A stretch of 64,000 bases of DNA from a virus. The translations under genes and the position numbers were made by a program. The notes beneath the pieces were generated by a model. The model was not told where the DNA came from. It saw nothing but the letters and a program-made list of their open reading frames with translations, and searched no databases. The DNA lies in the IMG/VR virus record IMGVR_UViG_3300017917_002441, positions 85,074-149,073 of that record; one strand, written 5' to 3'. Below, piece after piece: positions 26,478 through 34,851 of this stretch; position 1 is the stretch's first letter, and the number at the start of each line of letters is the position of its first letter.

Positions 26478-27674
26478 ATGGCAACCGCCAACGCAACTTA
26501 TGCGGCACAACGTAACGCCCGCTTCTCTAACACTAGCTCTAACCTTGTAGACCTGGTTCAACGATACAATGACACCGTGGCTGCTTTGCCTGTACAGGCT
26601 CGTCGCAACCACCAAGCCGCACTGGCCAAAGCACTGAAACAGTTTCGCGCCAACCACCCTGGGCTCACTGTGCTCAGCGATCGTGGTCGCTTCCGTATGT
26701 GCAAGAGTCTCATGGGCCGACTCAAGGACATTGAGATTGATACCACAATGCAACGTGAGCCCAATTTGAAGTGGATCATCACGATCATCGCCAACTTCCG
26801 TGCATATCAAGCACAACCCATTCAGGTGTACGAACTGCCCGACGGCAACTACGGTGCCTGGGACGGTCAACACACCAGCCTTGCACTGTACCTTATTGGT
26901 ACACAGGCCCTGGGCATGGCGTTTGAAGACATTGAAGTTCCCATCAACATTTACGACATCAAGAGCCGCGGCGAGATCCGTAGCAACTTCATCAACAACA
27001 ACACCACAGTGGGCAAAAACGCTGGCAAAAAACCTCTAGACATCATTGACATTTTCATGCAGATGATTTACGGTGTAGAAGTTGACGGCGTCTCAGAACA
27101 AGAGTGGGTAGATGCGCACGCCAAGTGGCGACACATTGCCAACGCTGGTATGTTCTTGACTGCTGACAAGTTTAACGATACAGATCAAGTGGGTGCAATT
27201 AGTCGTCTCAATGAAGTAGCAGACGAAGGCACTAGTGTAGAAACTGTGCGTCAGTTCTCTGTGTATGGAAAATACATTGTTGCCAGCCAGCAACGTGCTA
27301 TCAACACAAAGGAAATTCCCATCATCATTGAGCTGTTGAACCTTTGTGCCCAACAAGATATTCAGTGGAGCGATGCTGATATCGAGGACCTTGCGCAACA
27401 CTGTATTGACTTGTTTGACGCCAACTTTGACGCCAAGGGTCCATACTGGGATCAAGTGCATCAAGCCAACCTCAATGCTTATAACAAAGCCAACAAGGGC
27501 ATTCCCAAGCACCTGTGGCCTGAAGCACCGCGTAACAGCAAGAACGTGCCACAAGGTATTGCATTTTTCTGGCATCAACTCATGACATCTTGGGTTCCCA
27601 CCAAAGCCAAAAGTTTCCGTTTCCCCAAACAACCATTCAGTGCCTACACGCCTGACACCAAGGACTTGTTTTAA
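26478..27674 (+). CDS. ParB/Srx-superfamily (DGQH-motif) protein
   Basis: IDTTMQR...W and GAWDGQHT motifs; AAAGGA RBS. Confidence 0.65.
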   Translation: MATANATYAAQRNARFSNTSSNLVDLVQRYNDTVAALPVQARRNHQAALAKALKQFRANHPGLTVLSDRGRFRMCKSLMGRLKDIEIDTTMQREPNLKWIITIIANFRAYQAQPIQVYELPDGNYGAWDGQHTSLALYLIGTQALGMAFEDIEVPINIYDIKSRGEIRSNFINNNTTVGKNAGKKPLDIIDIFMQMIYGVEVDGVSEQEWVDAHAKWRHIANAGMFLTADKFNDTDQVGAISRLNEVADEGTSVETVRQFSVYGKYIVASQQRAINTKEIPIIIELLNLCAQQDIQWSDADIEDLAQHCIDLFDANFDAKGPYWDQVHQANLNAYNKANKGIPKHLWPEAPRNSKNVPQGIAFFWHQLMTSWVPTKAKSFRFPKQPFSAYTPDTKDLF

Positions 27675-27774
27675 TGAACAGCGATAAAATATTTTATGGC
27701 ACCATCCTGGCCTTGATGACATTGTTGTTTGGGCATCCAGGGTGGGCATTTTGTATCTTTTTAATTGCAGTGCT

Positions 27775-28044
27775 ATGACATTGACTTACTACAAAATTCG
27801 TAACAAACACAATCCCGAATTATTCCGTAAGGCCGACGGTACTTGGAATCAATCAGGCAAAGTGTATGACACCTTGGGCAAGCTTCGTGCAATTATCACC
27901 CAGCATATGAACAGCACCAGTGATTACTATCGTGCTAAGATTCAAGACTGGGAATTTGTTGAATACGAAGTTCGAGAAAAAGAAGTCCGGCAACTGATTG
28001 ACATTGTGGACAAGAAGAAAATTTTTGAACTGTTGAAAAAATGA
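27775..28044 (+). CDS. Hypothetical protein
   Basis: ORF in gene string. Confidence 0.65.
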   Translation: MTLTYYKIRNKHNPELFRKADGTWNQSGKVYDTLGKLRAIITQHMNSTSDYYRAKIQDWEFVEYEVREKEVRQLIDIVDKKKIFELLKK

Positions 28045-28247
28045 TCTATATACTGTTGATTTGGACTGTGGTTGGCTACGGCGGAACTAAGTCTGGTCTC
28101 CACACCAAACACGATTGGCGACCCTTGGGTGAGTTTCATATGGAAGAGGGTCGTATGGGCAAAAAGACTGCACAAGAAATGTGTGAAGATGCGGCCCGAG
28201 AGCTTGCACTTAAAAAAGATCGTTATCGCTGTGTGAGGTCAAAATGA
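28041..28247 (+). CDS. Hypothetical protein
   Basis: Coupled ORF. Confidence 0.6.
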   Translation: MIYILLIWTVVGYGGTKSGLHTKHDWRPLGEFHMEEGRMGKKTAQEMCEDAARELALKKDRYRCVRSK

Positions 28248-28392
28248 ATTATATTGCGGGTGCCTTGGCCATCGTTGTACTGTTTATTCCGTTGATGGTT
28301 GTTCTTTACACGTTTCATAAACGTAACAAAGAGATTGATCGTAGATACGAAGAAGCAATGAAACAAATTAAAAAGCGGTATGGAGTTGAATA

Positions 28393-28755
28393 ATGAACGA
28401 AACATTGATCCTTGTCACACTGTTGTTCGCCAAGCACTTTGTCATAGATTTTCCGCTACAAACAAAGTTTCAATGGAGCAATAAAGGCACTTACTTGCAC
28501 CCAGGCGGACTGTTGCATGCCGCACTGCATGGCATTGGAACTTGGCTATGCTTTTATTGGTACGCACCTTATGCGACGCTGTACCTGGCTTGGATCGACG
28601 CAGTGATTCACTATCACGTTGACTGGGCAAAAATGAACCTCAATGCCCGACTTGGCTATGGACCAACAACGCATGAACAGTTTTGGTGGTTGCTGGGTTT
28701 GGATCAGTTTTTGCATGCACTAACTTACATTGGCCTTGTGGCCTTGGTGGTTTAA
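28393..28755 (+). CDS. DUF3307-like membrane protein
   Basis: KHFVIDFPLQ, HAALHG, HYHVDWAK, GLDQFLH. Confidence 0.8.
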   Translation: MNETLILVTLLFAKHFVIDFPLQTKFQWSNKGTYLHPGGLLHAALHGIGTWLCFYWYAPYATLYLAWIDAVIHYHVDWAKMNLNARLGYGPTTHEQFWWLLGLDQFLHALTYIGLVALVV

Positions 28756-28992
28756 ATGGCATATTATGTTGATGGCGTAAGGTACGAAAAACTGCATTTG
28801 CCTTGTGGCGGCACTGCTCGCTTTGACGAAGCCAGCGGCATCAGTTACAGATGCGAAGATTGTATGGCAGTGGTGGGCAGTATTGGTCAACCAGAGCACT
28901 GCAAAAATGTAGCACAAAAGTATGAAATTCTTGCCCGACTTGGCAGTAAAATCAAATGGGATTATAATAATGGCTGTGAGGTGATAGAATGA
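28756..28992 (+). CDS. Small Cys-containing hypothetical protein
   Basis: LPCGG...YRCEDCMAVVGSIGQPEHC. Confidence 0.7.
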   Translation: MAYYVDGVRYEKLHLPCGGTARFDEASGISYRCEDCMAVVGSIGQPEHCKNVAQKYEILARLGSKIKWDYNNGCEVIE

Positions 28993-29543
28993 AAACATTA
29001 ATGGAACGTGTGAGCGGGTTTGCTCAAATCAAGCCCACCCCGGTGAAACGTGGTGGTGCCAGTTACGACTCTACTTATCGATTCTGTCAGCGAGGGCTCA
29101 AGCTGTGCATTTGGATGTACCGCCGCCTAAAGGTAGAAGATCAAACGGCACGATTGATCCGCGACGTCATGGACTTCTTGTTGCGTAGATACCATGGCTA
29201 TGCCATCAAAGAAAACATCGGCGCACACTACTACGAAAAAGGCTTGCCCCGCGGCGCCAAGACCGAGTTTGAGCACGTGATCCCTGCGGCTGTGGCTCGT
29301 GACTTGTTGCTGTATAATCGTATCACCATTGACGAAGCCTTGAATATTCCCACATGCCGCTTGAGTGCCAAGCTTCACAAAAAGCTCAACAGCACCAAAC
29401 TGGGATCTACTACTCCGGACATTTATTGGTTTTGGCAACGTTATCAAAGCTTGGGAATTCAAGTTGAAACACACGACGGTGTTGACGTTGACACTGTGAC
29501 TTGGAATCTTGACAAGCATTATCAACATTTTGGTATTGTTTGA
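28989..29543 (+). CDS. Hypothetical protein with a possible HNH-like (EHVIP) motif
   Basis: FEHVIP...CRLSAKLHKKLN. Confidence 0.6.
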   Translation: MKTLMERVSGFAQIKPTPVKRGGASYDSTYRFCQRGLKLCIWMYRRLKVEDQTARLIRDVMDFLLRRYHGYAIKENIGAHYYEKGLPRGAKTEFEHVIPAAVARDLLLYNRITIDEALNIPTCRLSAKLHKKLNSTKLGSTTPDIYWFWQRYQSLGIQVETHDGVDVDTVTWNLDKHYQHFGIV

Positions 29544-29555
29544 AAGGACTAACAC

Positions 29556-29801
29556 ATGGGCATCATTAACTTATACAGTAGGCCGCTGATTAGGTTTGAT
29601 GTAAAAAATAAACAACACCGGCAATATTATTCTCAGTATCTCATGGACCGGTGCTGGAAACAGTGCCCGGTTCAATTCTACATTGAGCCTGGGTATGGCG
29701 ATCTTGTGAGCATGATCGAAAGCAAGCTTGCCTGGTATTATTTGAGCCGAGAAACCAAAAAACCTCTGCCCACACGTGAAGATTCTTGGCTAGGTCGTTG
29801 A
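29556..29801 (+). CDS. Hypothetical protein
   Basis: AAGGA RBS; FDVKNKQHR...WKQCPVQF. Confidence 0.7.
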   Translation: MGIINLYSRPLIRFDVKNKQHRQYYSQYLMDRCWKQCPVQFYIEPGYGDLVSMIESKLAWYYLSRETKKPLPTREDSWLGR

Positions 29802-29807
29802 AAATAC

Positions 29808-29874
29808 TGTTGTTTTTCTGCAACAAAATTCGGTTGGCCAAAATATCCCAATTTGCTATAATATAGGTATAGTG
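29808..29874 (+). promoter_or_regulatory. TGTTG-N8-CAACA palindrome plus early promoter cassette
   Basis: Palindrome 29808-29825; TTGGCCAAAATATCCCAATTTGCTATAATATAGGTATAGTG. Confidence 0.75.
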
Positions 29875-29892
29875 AATGATAAGGAGCCTGAG

Positions 29893-30120
29893 ATGACTGA
29901 ATTTGAAAAGAACTGCTATGGAATGACCGAGCAAGCAATTCGTGAAGAGTACATGGAAAGTATTACCGCAAGGTTTTCCGGACTTGAAATGGTTGTGATG
30001 GGTATTTTGTCTGATGCCCAGGAGTGCTCGGCAATGGGTTCCAAAGAAGAAGTTCGCAAGCAACTGAACATTGCCAAGTTCATTCTGTCCGAAATAATGG
30101 AAGCCAAGCAAGCGGCTTGA
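29893..30120 (+). CDS. Hypothetical protein
   Basis: AAGGAG RBS. Confidence 0.75.
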   Translation: MTEFEKNCYGMTEQAIREEYMESITARFSGLEMVVMGILSDAQECSAMGSKEEVRKQLNIAKFILSEIMEAKQAA

Positions 30121-30145
30121 CCAAAATTTCCCAATTTGCTATAAT
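30117..30145 (+). promoter_or_regulatory. Early promoter cassette
   Basis: TTGACCAAAATTTCCCAATTTGCTATAAT. Confidence 0.8.
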
Positions 30146-30177
30146 ATTGACATAGCGTAACTAAACAGGAGTTAGAA

Positions 30178-30639
30178 ATGGGTACACGTAGTCGGATTGC
30201 TGTGATGCATGGTGAAGTTTGCAAGAGCGTTTACTGTCACTGGGACGGTTACCTTGAGCACAATGGCTTCCTCCTGATGAATCACTATGACAGCACCAAG
30301 GCCAACTTCCTTGTAGCACTGGGCGACATCAGTTCCCTAGGAGAAGAAATTGGTGAAGAGCACCCGTTTGATCAGTACGGTTTGACCCCGGAAGAAAAGG
30401 CCCGTTACAAAAACTGGACTACATTTTACGGTCGTGATCGTGGTGAAGAAAACGTGGGCTACCGTGTGGACCACAGTTTTGAAGACTTCTTGCGCCGTGT
30501 TGACAACTGTGGCGGCGAGTGGTACTATGTCATGAAGGACGGTGAGTGGTACTGTGGCAACACTTACGAGGGCCACAAGCTGTACAATCGCTTGACTCCC
30601 TTGGCTACTGCAATTTACGAACTCAGCGAGCAAGAATAA
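30178..30639 (+). CDS. Phage hypothetical protein
   Basis: MGTRSRI...SVYCHWDGY motif; AGGAG RBS. Confidence 0.8.
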   Translation: MGTRSRIAVMHGEVCKSVYCHWDGYLEHNGFLLMNHYDSTKANFLVALGDISSLGEEIGEEHPFDQYGLTPEEKARYKNWTTFYGRDRGEENVGYRVDHSFEDFLRRVDNCGGEWYYVMKDGEWYCGNTYEGHKLYNRLTPLATAIYELSEQE

Positions 30640-30863
30640 TGCGTGACTTGAACTGGTATCTCAAGTGGTTGGCACTAGCGGCAACTCTCAGTGGCGCACT
30701 GTGTACCAGTTTGAGGATTGACCCTTTGAATGTGTACCTACTGAATTTGGGTGCATTGCTGTACCTGATTTGGAGTGTGCGCATTCGAGAGCTGAATTTG
30801 GTAGCCGTCAACGCTGGTTTATTGACCATTTACGTTGTAGGGTTATTTTTTGGTAGATCTTGA
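30639..30863 (+). CDS. Small membrane protein
   Basis: Three hydrophobic segments. Confidence 0.6.
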   Translation: MRDLNWYLKWLALAATLSGALCTSLRIDPLNVYLLNLGALLYLIWSVRIRELNLVAVNAGLLTIYVVGLFFGRS

Positions 30864-30900
30864 CCAAAATTTCCCAATTTGCTATAATATAGGTATAGTG
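30860..30900 (+). promoter_or_regulatory. Early promoter cassette
   Basis: TTGACCAAAATTTCCCAATTTGCTATAATATAGGTATAGTG. Confidence 0.8.
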
Positions 30901-30918
30901 AGTAACAAGGAGTTTGAA

Positions 30919-31149
30919 ATGACCAGTCCAGATTATGCAATGTACACCAGCTTTGGCAACGATGCAGTTCACGCAATTGTGCGCCGTGCGCAGATTCTCA
31001 AAATGTCTTGGTCGCAAGTGTACGCAGAACTGGCAGACCTGGCCGAACGCTTTCCTGAAGATTTTGGCGAGGCAACTGACACCGCAGTGCGAGAAGTGGT
31101 GTACAGTAAGCTGGGATTTGATCGCACCAACCAGTCGTTTTATGTGTAA
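30919..31149 (+). CDS. Hypothetical protein
   Basis: AAGGAG RBS; EATDTAVRE motif. Confidence 0.75.
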   Translation: MTSPDYAMYTSFGNDAVHAIVRRAQILKMSWSQVYAELADLAERFPEDFGEATDTAVREVVYSKLGFDRTNQSFYV

Positions 31150-31214
31150 TACTCAAGTATTACCATTAAAAAGGTTGACCAAAATTGCCCAATTTGCTAT
31201 AATATAGGTATAGT
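31146..31214 (+). promoter_or_regulatory. Perfect palindrome GTAATACT-CA-AGTATTAC plus early promoter cassette
   Basis: Palindrome 31146-31163; TTGACC(31175)-N17-TATAAT. Confidence 0.8.
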
Positions 31215-31233
31215 AAGAAACAAGGAGTTGAAC

Positions 31234-32010
31234 ATGGCTGGTTTTGTTGATGTTAGTAACATGAGTGCATTGGAGATCAAGCGTCTGGGCCAAATGGACG
31301 ACGATGTAGAGGACCAGCCCCGTCAACGCCGTTATGGCAAGTATCCGTCGACTCCCATTGTGGAGTACTCTGTAGACAATGTGTGGGCCGCGGCAGTGGC
31401 TGCTCAGCGAGTGAACGGCGCCTACTACAAAGAAAATGTTTACAACTGGGACGACGCCACCCAACAACAGATTTTGGTCAAGCGCCGTAATCGCGACGTC
31501 ATGATGAGTTACTTGCAAGACCCCAGCCAGCTCACTGCTGAAGACATCCAGCAAGGTCAGAATGTGCGCAACTTTATTCAAAGCGACATTACCTTCCGTG
31601 GGCTCAAAGGCAAGCTCACTGACTTTGACTCTTCGGCTAGCCGTGTAGCGGCTGTGACTGGGGTGTTCAACACCGCCAAGCACAAGCTTGAACTGGCCAC
31701 TGTGGCATGTTTGCCAGCCAGTGCCGAGCGCAGTCGTGCTCGCCAAGAATCCAGCAATCGCATCAGCATGGCCCAGGGTGGCTACATTGGCAAGCCCGAT
31801 GATCGTGTGGTAGCCAATATTGAAGTGCTGGAATCATCTTACAGTCAAAAGTGGAATCTGTACTGGATCAAGGGCATTACTGACCAAGACCAACCAGTGT
31901 TCTTTAGCTTCAAACGAGGCATTGACTCTGGTACACGCATGTCAATACAGGGCAACGTCAAGGCCCATCGTGACAACTTGACTCAACTCAACCGTGTCAA
32001 AATTGTTTAA
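31234..32010 (+). CDS. Hypothetical protein with a C-terminal OB-fold-like domain
   Basis: YIGKPDDR...IQGNVKAH...TQLNRVKI. Confidence 0.7.
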   Translation: MAGFVDVSNMSALEIKRLGQMDDDVEDQPRQRRYGKYPSTPIVEYSVDNVWAAAVAAQRVNGAYYKENVYNWDDATQQQILVKRRNRDVMMSYLQDPSQLTAEDIQQGQNVRNFIQSDITFRGLKGKLTDFDSSASRVAAVTGVFNTAKHKLELATVACLPASAERSRARQESSNRISMAQGGYIGKPDDRVVANIEVLESSYSQKWNLYWIKGITDQDQPVFFSFKRGIDSGTRMSIQGNVKAHRDNLTQLNRVKIV

Positions 32011-32019
32011 GGAGACAAC

Positions 32020-32148
32020 ATGAAATCATTTATCGCAGGCACTATTTTTGGACTGGTGATTGCAACTGTGGGTTTCTCGGGCGTGGCCCGTATGCTGGAC
32101 AACGGCGTGGCCAAGGTGCAAGAGGTCAGCAAGGAAGCGGCAAAATGA
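32020..32148 (+). CDS. Small membrane protein (42 aa, not in ORF track)
   Basis: AAGGAG RBS; MKSFIAGTIFGLVIATVGFSGVARMLDNGVAKVQEVSKEAAK*. Confidence 0.65.
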   Translation: MKSFIAGTIFGLVIATVGFSGVARMLDNGVAKVQEVSKEAAK

Positions 32149-32267
32149 AATACGTAATTCTATCGATTTCCGTAGCAATGCTCACAGCATGCGGTACTGT
32201 AGGCGGTGCTGTGTCTGGCGCTGGTCAGGATCTGACCCGAGCTGGTGAGTGGATTAGAAATCGGTAA
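32145..32267 (+). CDS. Entericidin EcnA/B-like lipoprotein (40 aa, not in ORF track)
   Basis: MKYVILSISVAMLTAC-GTVGGAVSGAGQDLTRAGEWIRNR*; lipobox plus GAGQD motif. Confidence 0.65.
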   Translation: MKYVILSISVAMLTACGTVGGAVSGAGQDLTRAGEWIRNR

Positions 32268-32386
32268 ACCAGAATTCAAAAAGTGGTTGACATCAATTCC
32301 GATTTCAGCTATAATTTGAATATGTTGAAAATTGTTCAACATTGTTTTTAAACTTTGATAGGCAACTTTAGAAAGGCAACTTCAAA

Positions 32387-32749
32387 ATGGCAACAGAAAA
32401 AATGTTCACTGTGGCAGGTACTGCAACTCACAAGGGTGTTACCAAGGTTCGTTTTGCTAACGATCTCGTGGCACGTATCAAGATCCTCAACAAGGCTGGC
32501 GCAACTAACGTCAATTTGATTGAACTCCCCCATGCAATGACCAAGCTTGATGCACTCAAGTATTTGGCAGAGCAAGGCATTACCGAAGGCGATGCTGGTT
32601 ATGCTGTGTCCAACAAGCTGGCCGAAAAGTCCAAGGTAGCCAAGAAAGGCGAAGTCAAGGTGGCTGGCAAAGGTCTCAAAGCCAAGACCAAGACCACTGC
32701 TGTCAAGGCTGAAGTGCCTAGCGACGCGGTGGAAAGCACCAACGCTTAA
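32387..32749 (+). CDS. Lys/Ala-rich hypothetical protein
   Basis: Own promoter (TTGACA at 32287); KVRFAND motif; basic tail. Confidence 0.8.
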   Translation: MATEKMFTVAGTATHKGVTKVRFANDLVARIKILNKAGATNVNLIELPHAMTKLDALKYLAEQGITEGDAGYAVSNKLAEKSKVAKKGEVKVAGKGLKAKTKTTAVKAEVPSDAVESTNA

Positions 32750-32777
32750 TATGGCCAGTAGCTGGGGCTACGGCCCC

Positions 32778-32932
32778 TGCTATAGATAAGTGCTAATAAA
32801 GGTATCGTTACAGGACGCTGTAACTATTCGGGCCTAACTGGCGAGGAACAGGTCCTGATACAACTGGTTAGTCGCTGTGGAACGGAAGCACCGGACTCCT
32901 AAATAGACCACTCTTAGCACTTATCTATAGCA
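32778..32932. ncRNA. Candidate structured RNA enclosed by a perfect 19-bp inverted repeat
   Basis: TGCTATAGATAAGTGCTAA / TTAGCACTTATCTATAGCA; inner hairpins GTTACAG/CTGTAAC, CTAACTGG/CTGGTTAG and AGGA/TCCT. Confidence 0.5.
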
Positions 32933-33014
32933 TCAATCAGTGACGAAAAATAGTATTTCGTATAGGGCTGGTATAAGTATTTTTATATCATTGCCCGCAA
33001 AGGAAAAATCCCAA

Positions 33015-34097
33015 ATGAAAATATCCCGCATTCCTAATTTAGGTAGCTTCGGTGTCTACATCGATGACTTTGACATGGACCGTGCCTCCCCCGAGGAGTG
33101 GTTAGAAGTTGGTAAAATTTTTGTCAAAGAACTAGTGGTAGTTTTACGAAACATCAACATCAGCAAAGAACAATACTACGATCAAATTCCAAAGTTTGGC
33201 CCAATATACAACATTGCAGGTTCTTATTTTTACAAGAAATATGGACACAATAATTTTAATAGAAACCCAGCAACTTGGGAACCCTTGGACGACCTTGACA
33301 AGAAGTTCATGGAGACTCGTTACATTCGCCAAGAAGATATTGGCAATAACAAATACCTTTCTAGAATTTATGGCGGCCGCGATGAGAATGGCCAGAGCCT
33401 AGGCTATTTTGATTCTGGTGACTTGTTTTGGCACAGCAACGAGGCTTCATCCCTGACTTTTGCTCCGTGTGTGTCATTATTGGGCTGGGAATCCATGGGT
33501 GGCAGCTCAACTGGATTCACCCAAACAGTTGATGTTTATGAAAACTTGCCCGAAAGCCTGCGCAAAGAACTTGATGAAATGGTGTTGGTACATGACTATG
33601 TTCCAGGTGTAGTCAACCCTGGCGAAATCACAGACCCAGTTATGGCCAAGCACACACTGATGAACTTTGGTCCTTTCCCGGGCATGGAAACACCTTTGGT
33701 GTGTACTGCCCCCAACGGGCGCAAAGGACTGCATTATGCAATTCACTCACGCAATGGCATTCGTGGTATGTCAAAAGAAGAGTCTGACAAACTGTTTGCA
33801 CGACTTGACAAACTGATCTTTGCCGAAAACAATGTGTACGATCACTGGTATGACGAGCAACGTCGAGATTTGTTGTTGTTTGATAACAGTGTTACACTGC
33901 ATCGTAGAATTGGTCACCAAGAAGGCCGCCTGGCATATCGTGTTCAGTTTACGCCCAGCGAAGTAGTTGAAAAGCCTTGGCTGCCTTGGGCACACATGCC
34001 AGCATGTGATCAACAATACCGTATCGAAATGAAAACATTGGTTGACTTGACTGGTGGCGACTTGCAGGCTCGATACAAAGTACCCGAGTTAGTTTAA
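33015..34097 (+). CDS. TauD/TfdA-like Fe(II)/2-oxoglutarate dioxygenase
   Basis: FWHSNE, GGSSTGF, YENLPESLRKEL, LLLFDNSVTLHRR. Confidence 0.8.
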   Translation: MKISRIPNLGSFGVYIDDFDMDRASPEEWLEVGKIFVKELVVVLRNINISKEQYYDQIPKFGPIYNIAGSYFYKKYGHNNFNRNPATWEPLDDLDKKFMETRYIRQEDIGNNKYLSRIYGGRDENGQSLGYFDSGDLFWHSNEASSLTFAPCVSLLGWESMGGSSTGFTQTVDVYENLPESLRKELDEMVLVHDYVPGVVNPGEITDPVMAKHTLMNFGPFPGMETPLVCTAPNGRKGLHYAIHSRNGIRGMSKEESDKLFARLDKLIFAENNVYDHWYDEQRRDLLLFDNSVTLHRRIGHQEGRLAYRVQFTPSEVVEKPWLPWAHMPACDQQYRIEMKTLVDLTGGDLQARYKVPELV

Positions 34098-34100
34098 CCA

Positions 34101-34160
34101 AATTGGCATAATTAATGTTATGCCAATTATCTATATAAGTCGGCCACAAACTTGGCCGAC
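34101..34160. repeat. Two adjacent inverted repeats
   Basis: AATTGGCATAA-N6-TTATGCCAATT and GTCGGCCA-N6-TGGCCGAC. Confidence 0.7.
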
Positions 34161-34171
34161 ACAAAACCCCA

Positions 34172-34414
34172 ATGTCTGTTTTAAATTTTAAATCAGCAGA
34201 TCCACTTTATATTGTGATCATGCGAGAAGGTCAGGCCGAAGCACTATTTCGTTCCTGGATCAAAACCAATCGAATAGAGCATGCTATTGTCAACGGCAAT
34301 CGTATGATGTTGCATCATCAAAATGCATTTGACAGACTGTTGGTTAGTTGGAGTCATAGCTGGGACAATATCACTATCTGGGACACGTGGCATAGGCGTC
34401 ACATTTACATTTGA
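34172..34414 (+). CDS. Hypothetical protein
   Basis: ORF on the coding strand. Confidence 0.6.
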   Translation: MSVLNFKSADPLYIVIMREGQAEALFRSWIKTNRIEHAIVNGNRMMLHHQNAFDRLLVSWSHSWDNITIWDTWHRRHIYI

Positions 34415-34495
34415 TCAAGAGTGCCAAAATCCTTGGAATTTATTGACACCTCCTTGTGCGGCTCGTATAATTAATGCTGTTACAAGGAGAACTAC

Positions 34496-34684
34496 ATGTC
34501 ACAACAACACGACACTATTAAACAAGCATTCGAAACTTATCTAGCCGAGAACGAAAAGTTTACAGCCAAGGGCGTCAAGGCATCTGCCGCACGTGCCCGC
34601 AAAGCTTTGCAAGAACTTAGCAAAGCCATCAAAGAACGTCGCAAAGAAATCACAGCAGAAAAAGAAGCTCTGGCCGCCAAGTAA
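34496..34684 (+). CDS. Histone H1-like (Hc1-type) nucleoid protein
   Basis: KGVKASAARARKALQELSKAIKERRKEI; sigma70 promoter at 34443; AAGGAG RBS. Confidence 0.75.
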   Translation: MSQQHDTIKQAFETYLAENEKFTAKGVKASAARARKALQELSKAIKERRKEITAEKEALAAK

Positions 34685-34851
34685 TGAGTCAGTGTTTCAC
34701 CAGAAGTGTGATCCAAGATCCTGACAACCCCGAAGACCTGTTGCTGGACCTTGGCACAGAACTCTGTGAACTAGCCGGGTGGAAGCCCGGCGATGTCATT
34801 GAGTGGATAGATAACAAGGACGGAACATGGACTCTACGGAAACAAAGTTAA
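34684..34851 (+). CDS. AbrB/SpoVT-like small DNA-binding protein (55 aa, not in ORF track)
   Basis: DLLLDLGTELCELAGWKPGDVIEWIDNKDGTWTLRK. Confidence 0.65.
   Translation: MSQCFTRSVIQDPDNPEDLLLDLGTELCELAGWKPGDVIEWIDNKDGTWTLRKQS

Noticed and set aside
14811-31214. Repeated ~40-bp sequences as a CRISPR array
   Set aside because: Copies are hundreds to thousands of bases apart, separated by genes, and contain -35/-10 boxes; no cas genes.
32357-32379. Direct repeat AGGCAACTT x2 in a 5' leader
   Set aside because: Only two 9-nt copies overlapping the RBS; could be autoregulatory, but too weak to support alone.
32849-32891. CAGGTCC...GGAAGCA resemblance to SRP RNA helix 8
   Set aside because: A 28-nt insert replaces the GNRA tetraloop and the flanking helix does not pair; probably coincidence.
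32778-32932. Retron msr-msd interpretation of the inverted-repeat element
   Set aside because: No reverse transcriptase in the window; the adjacent gene is a TauD-like dioxygenase.
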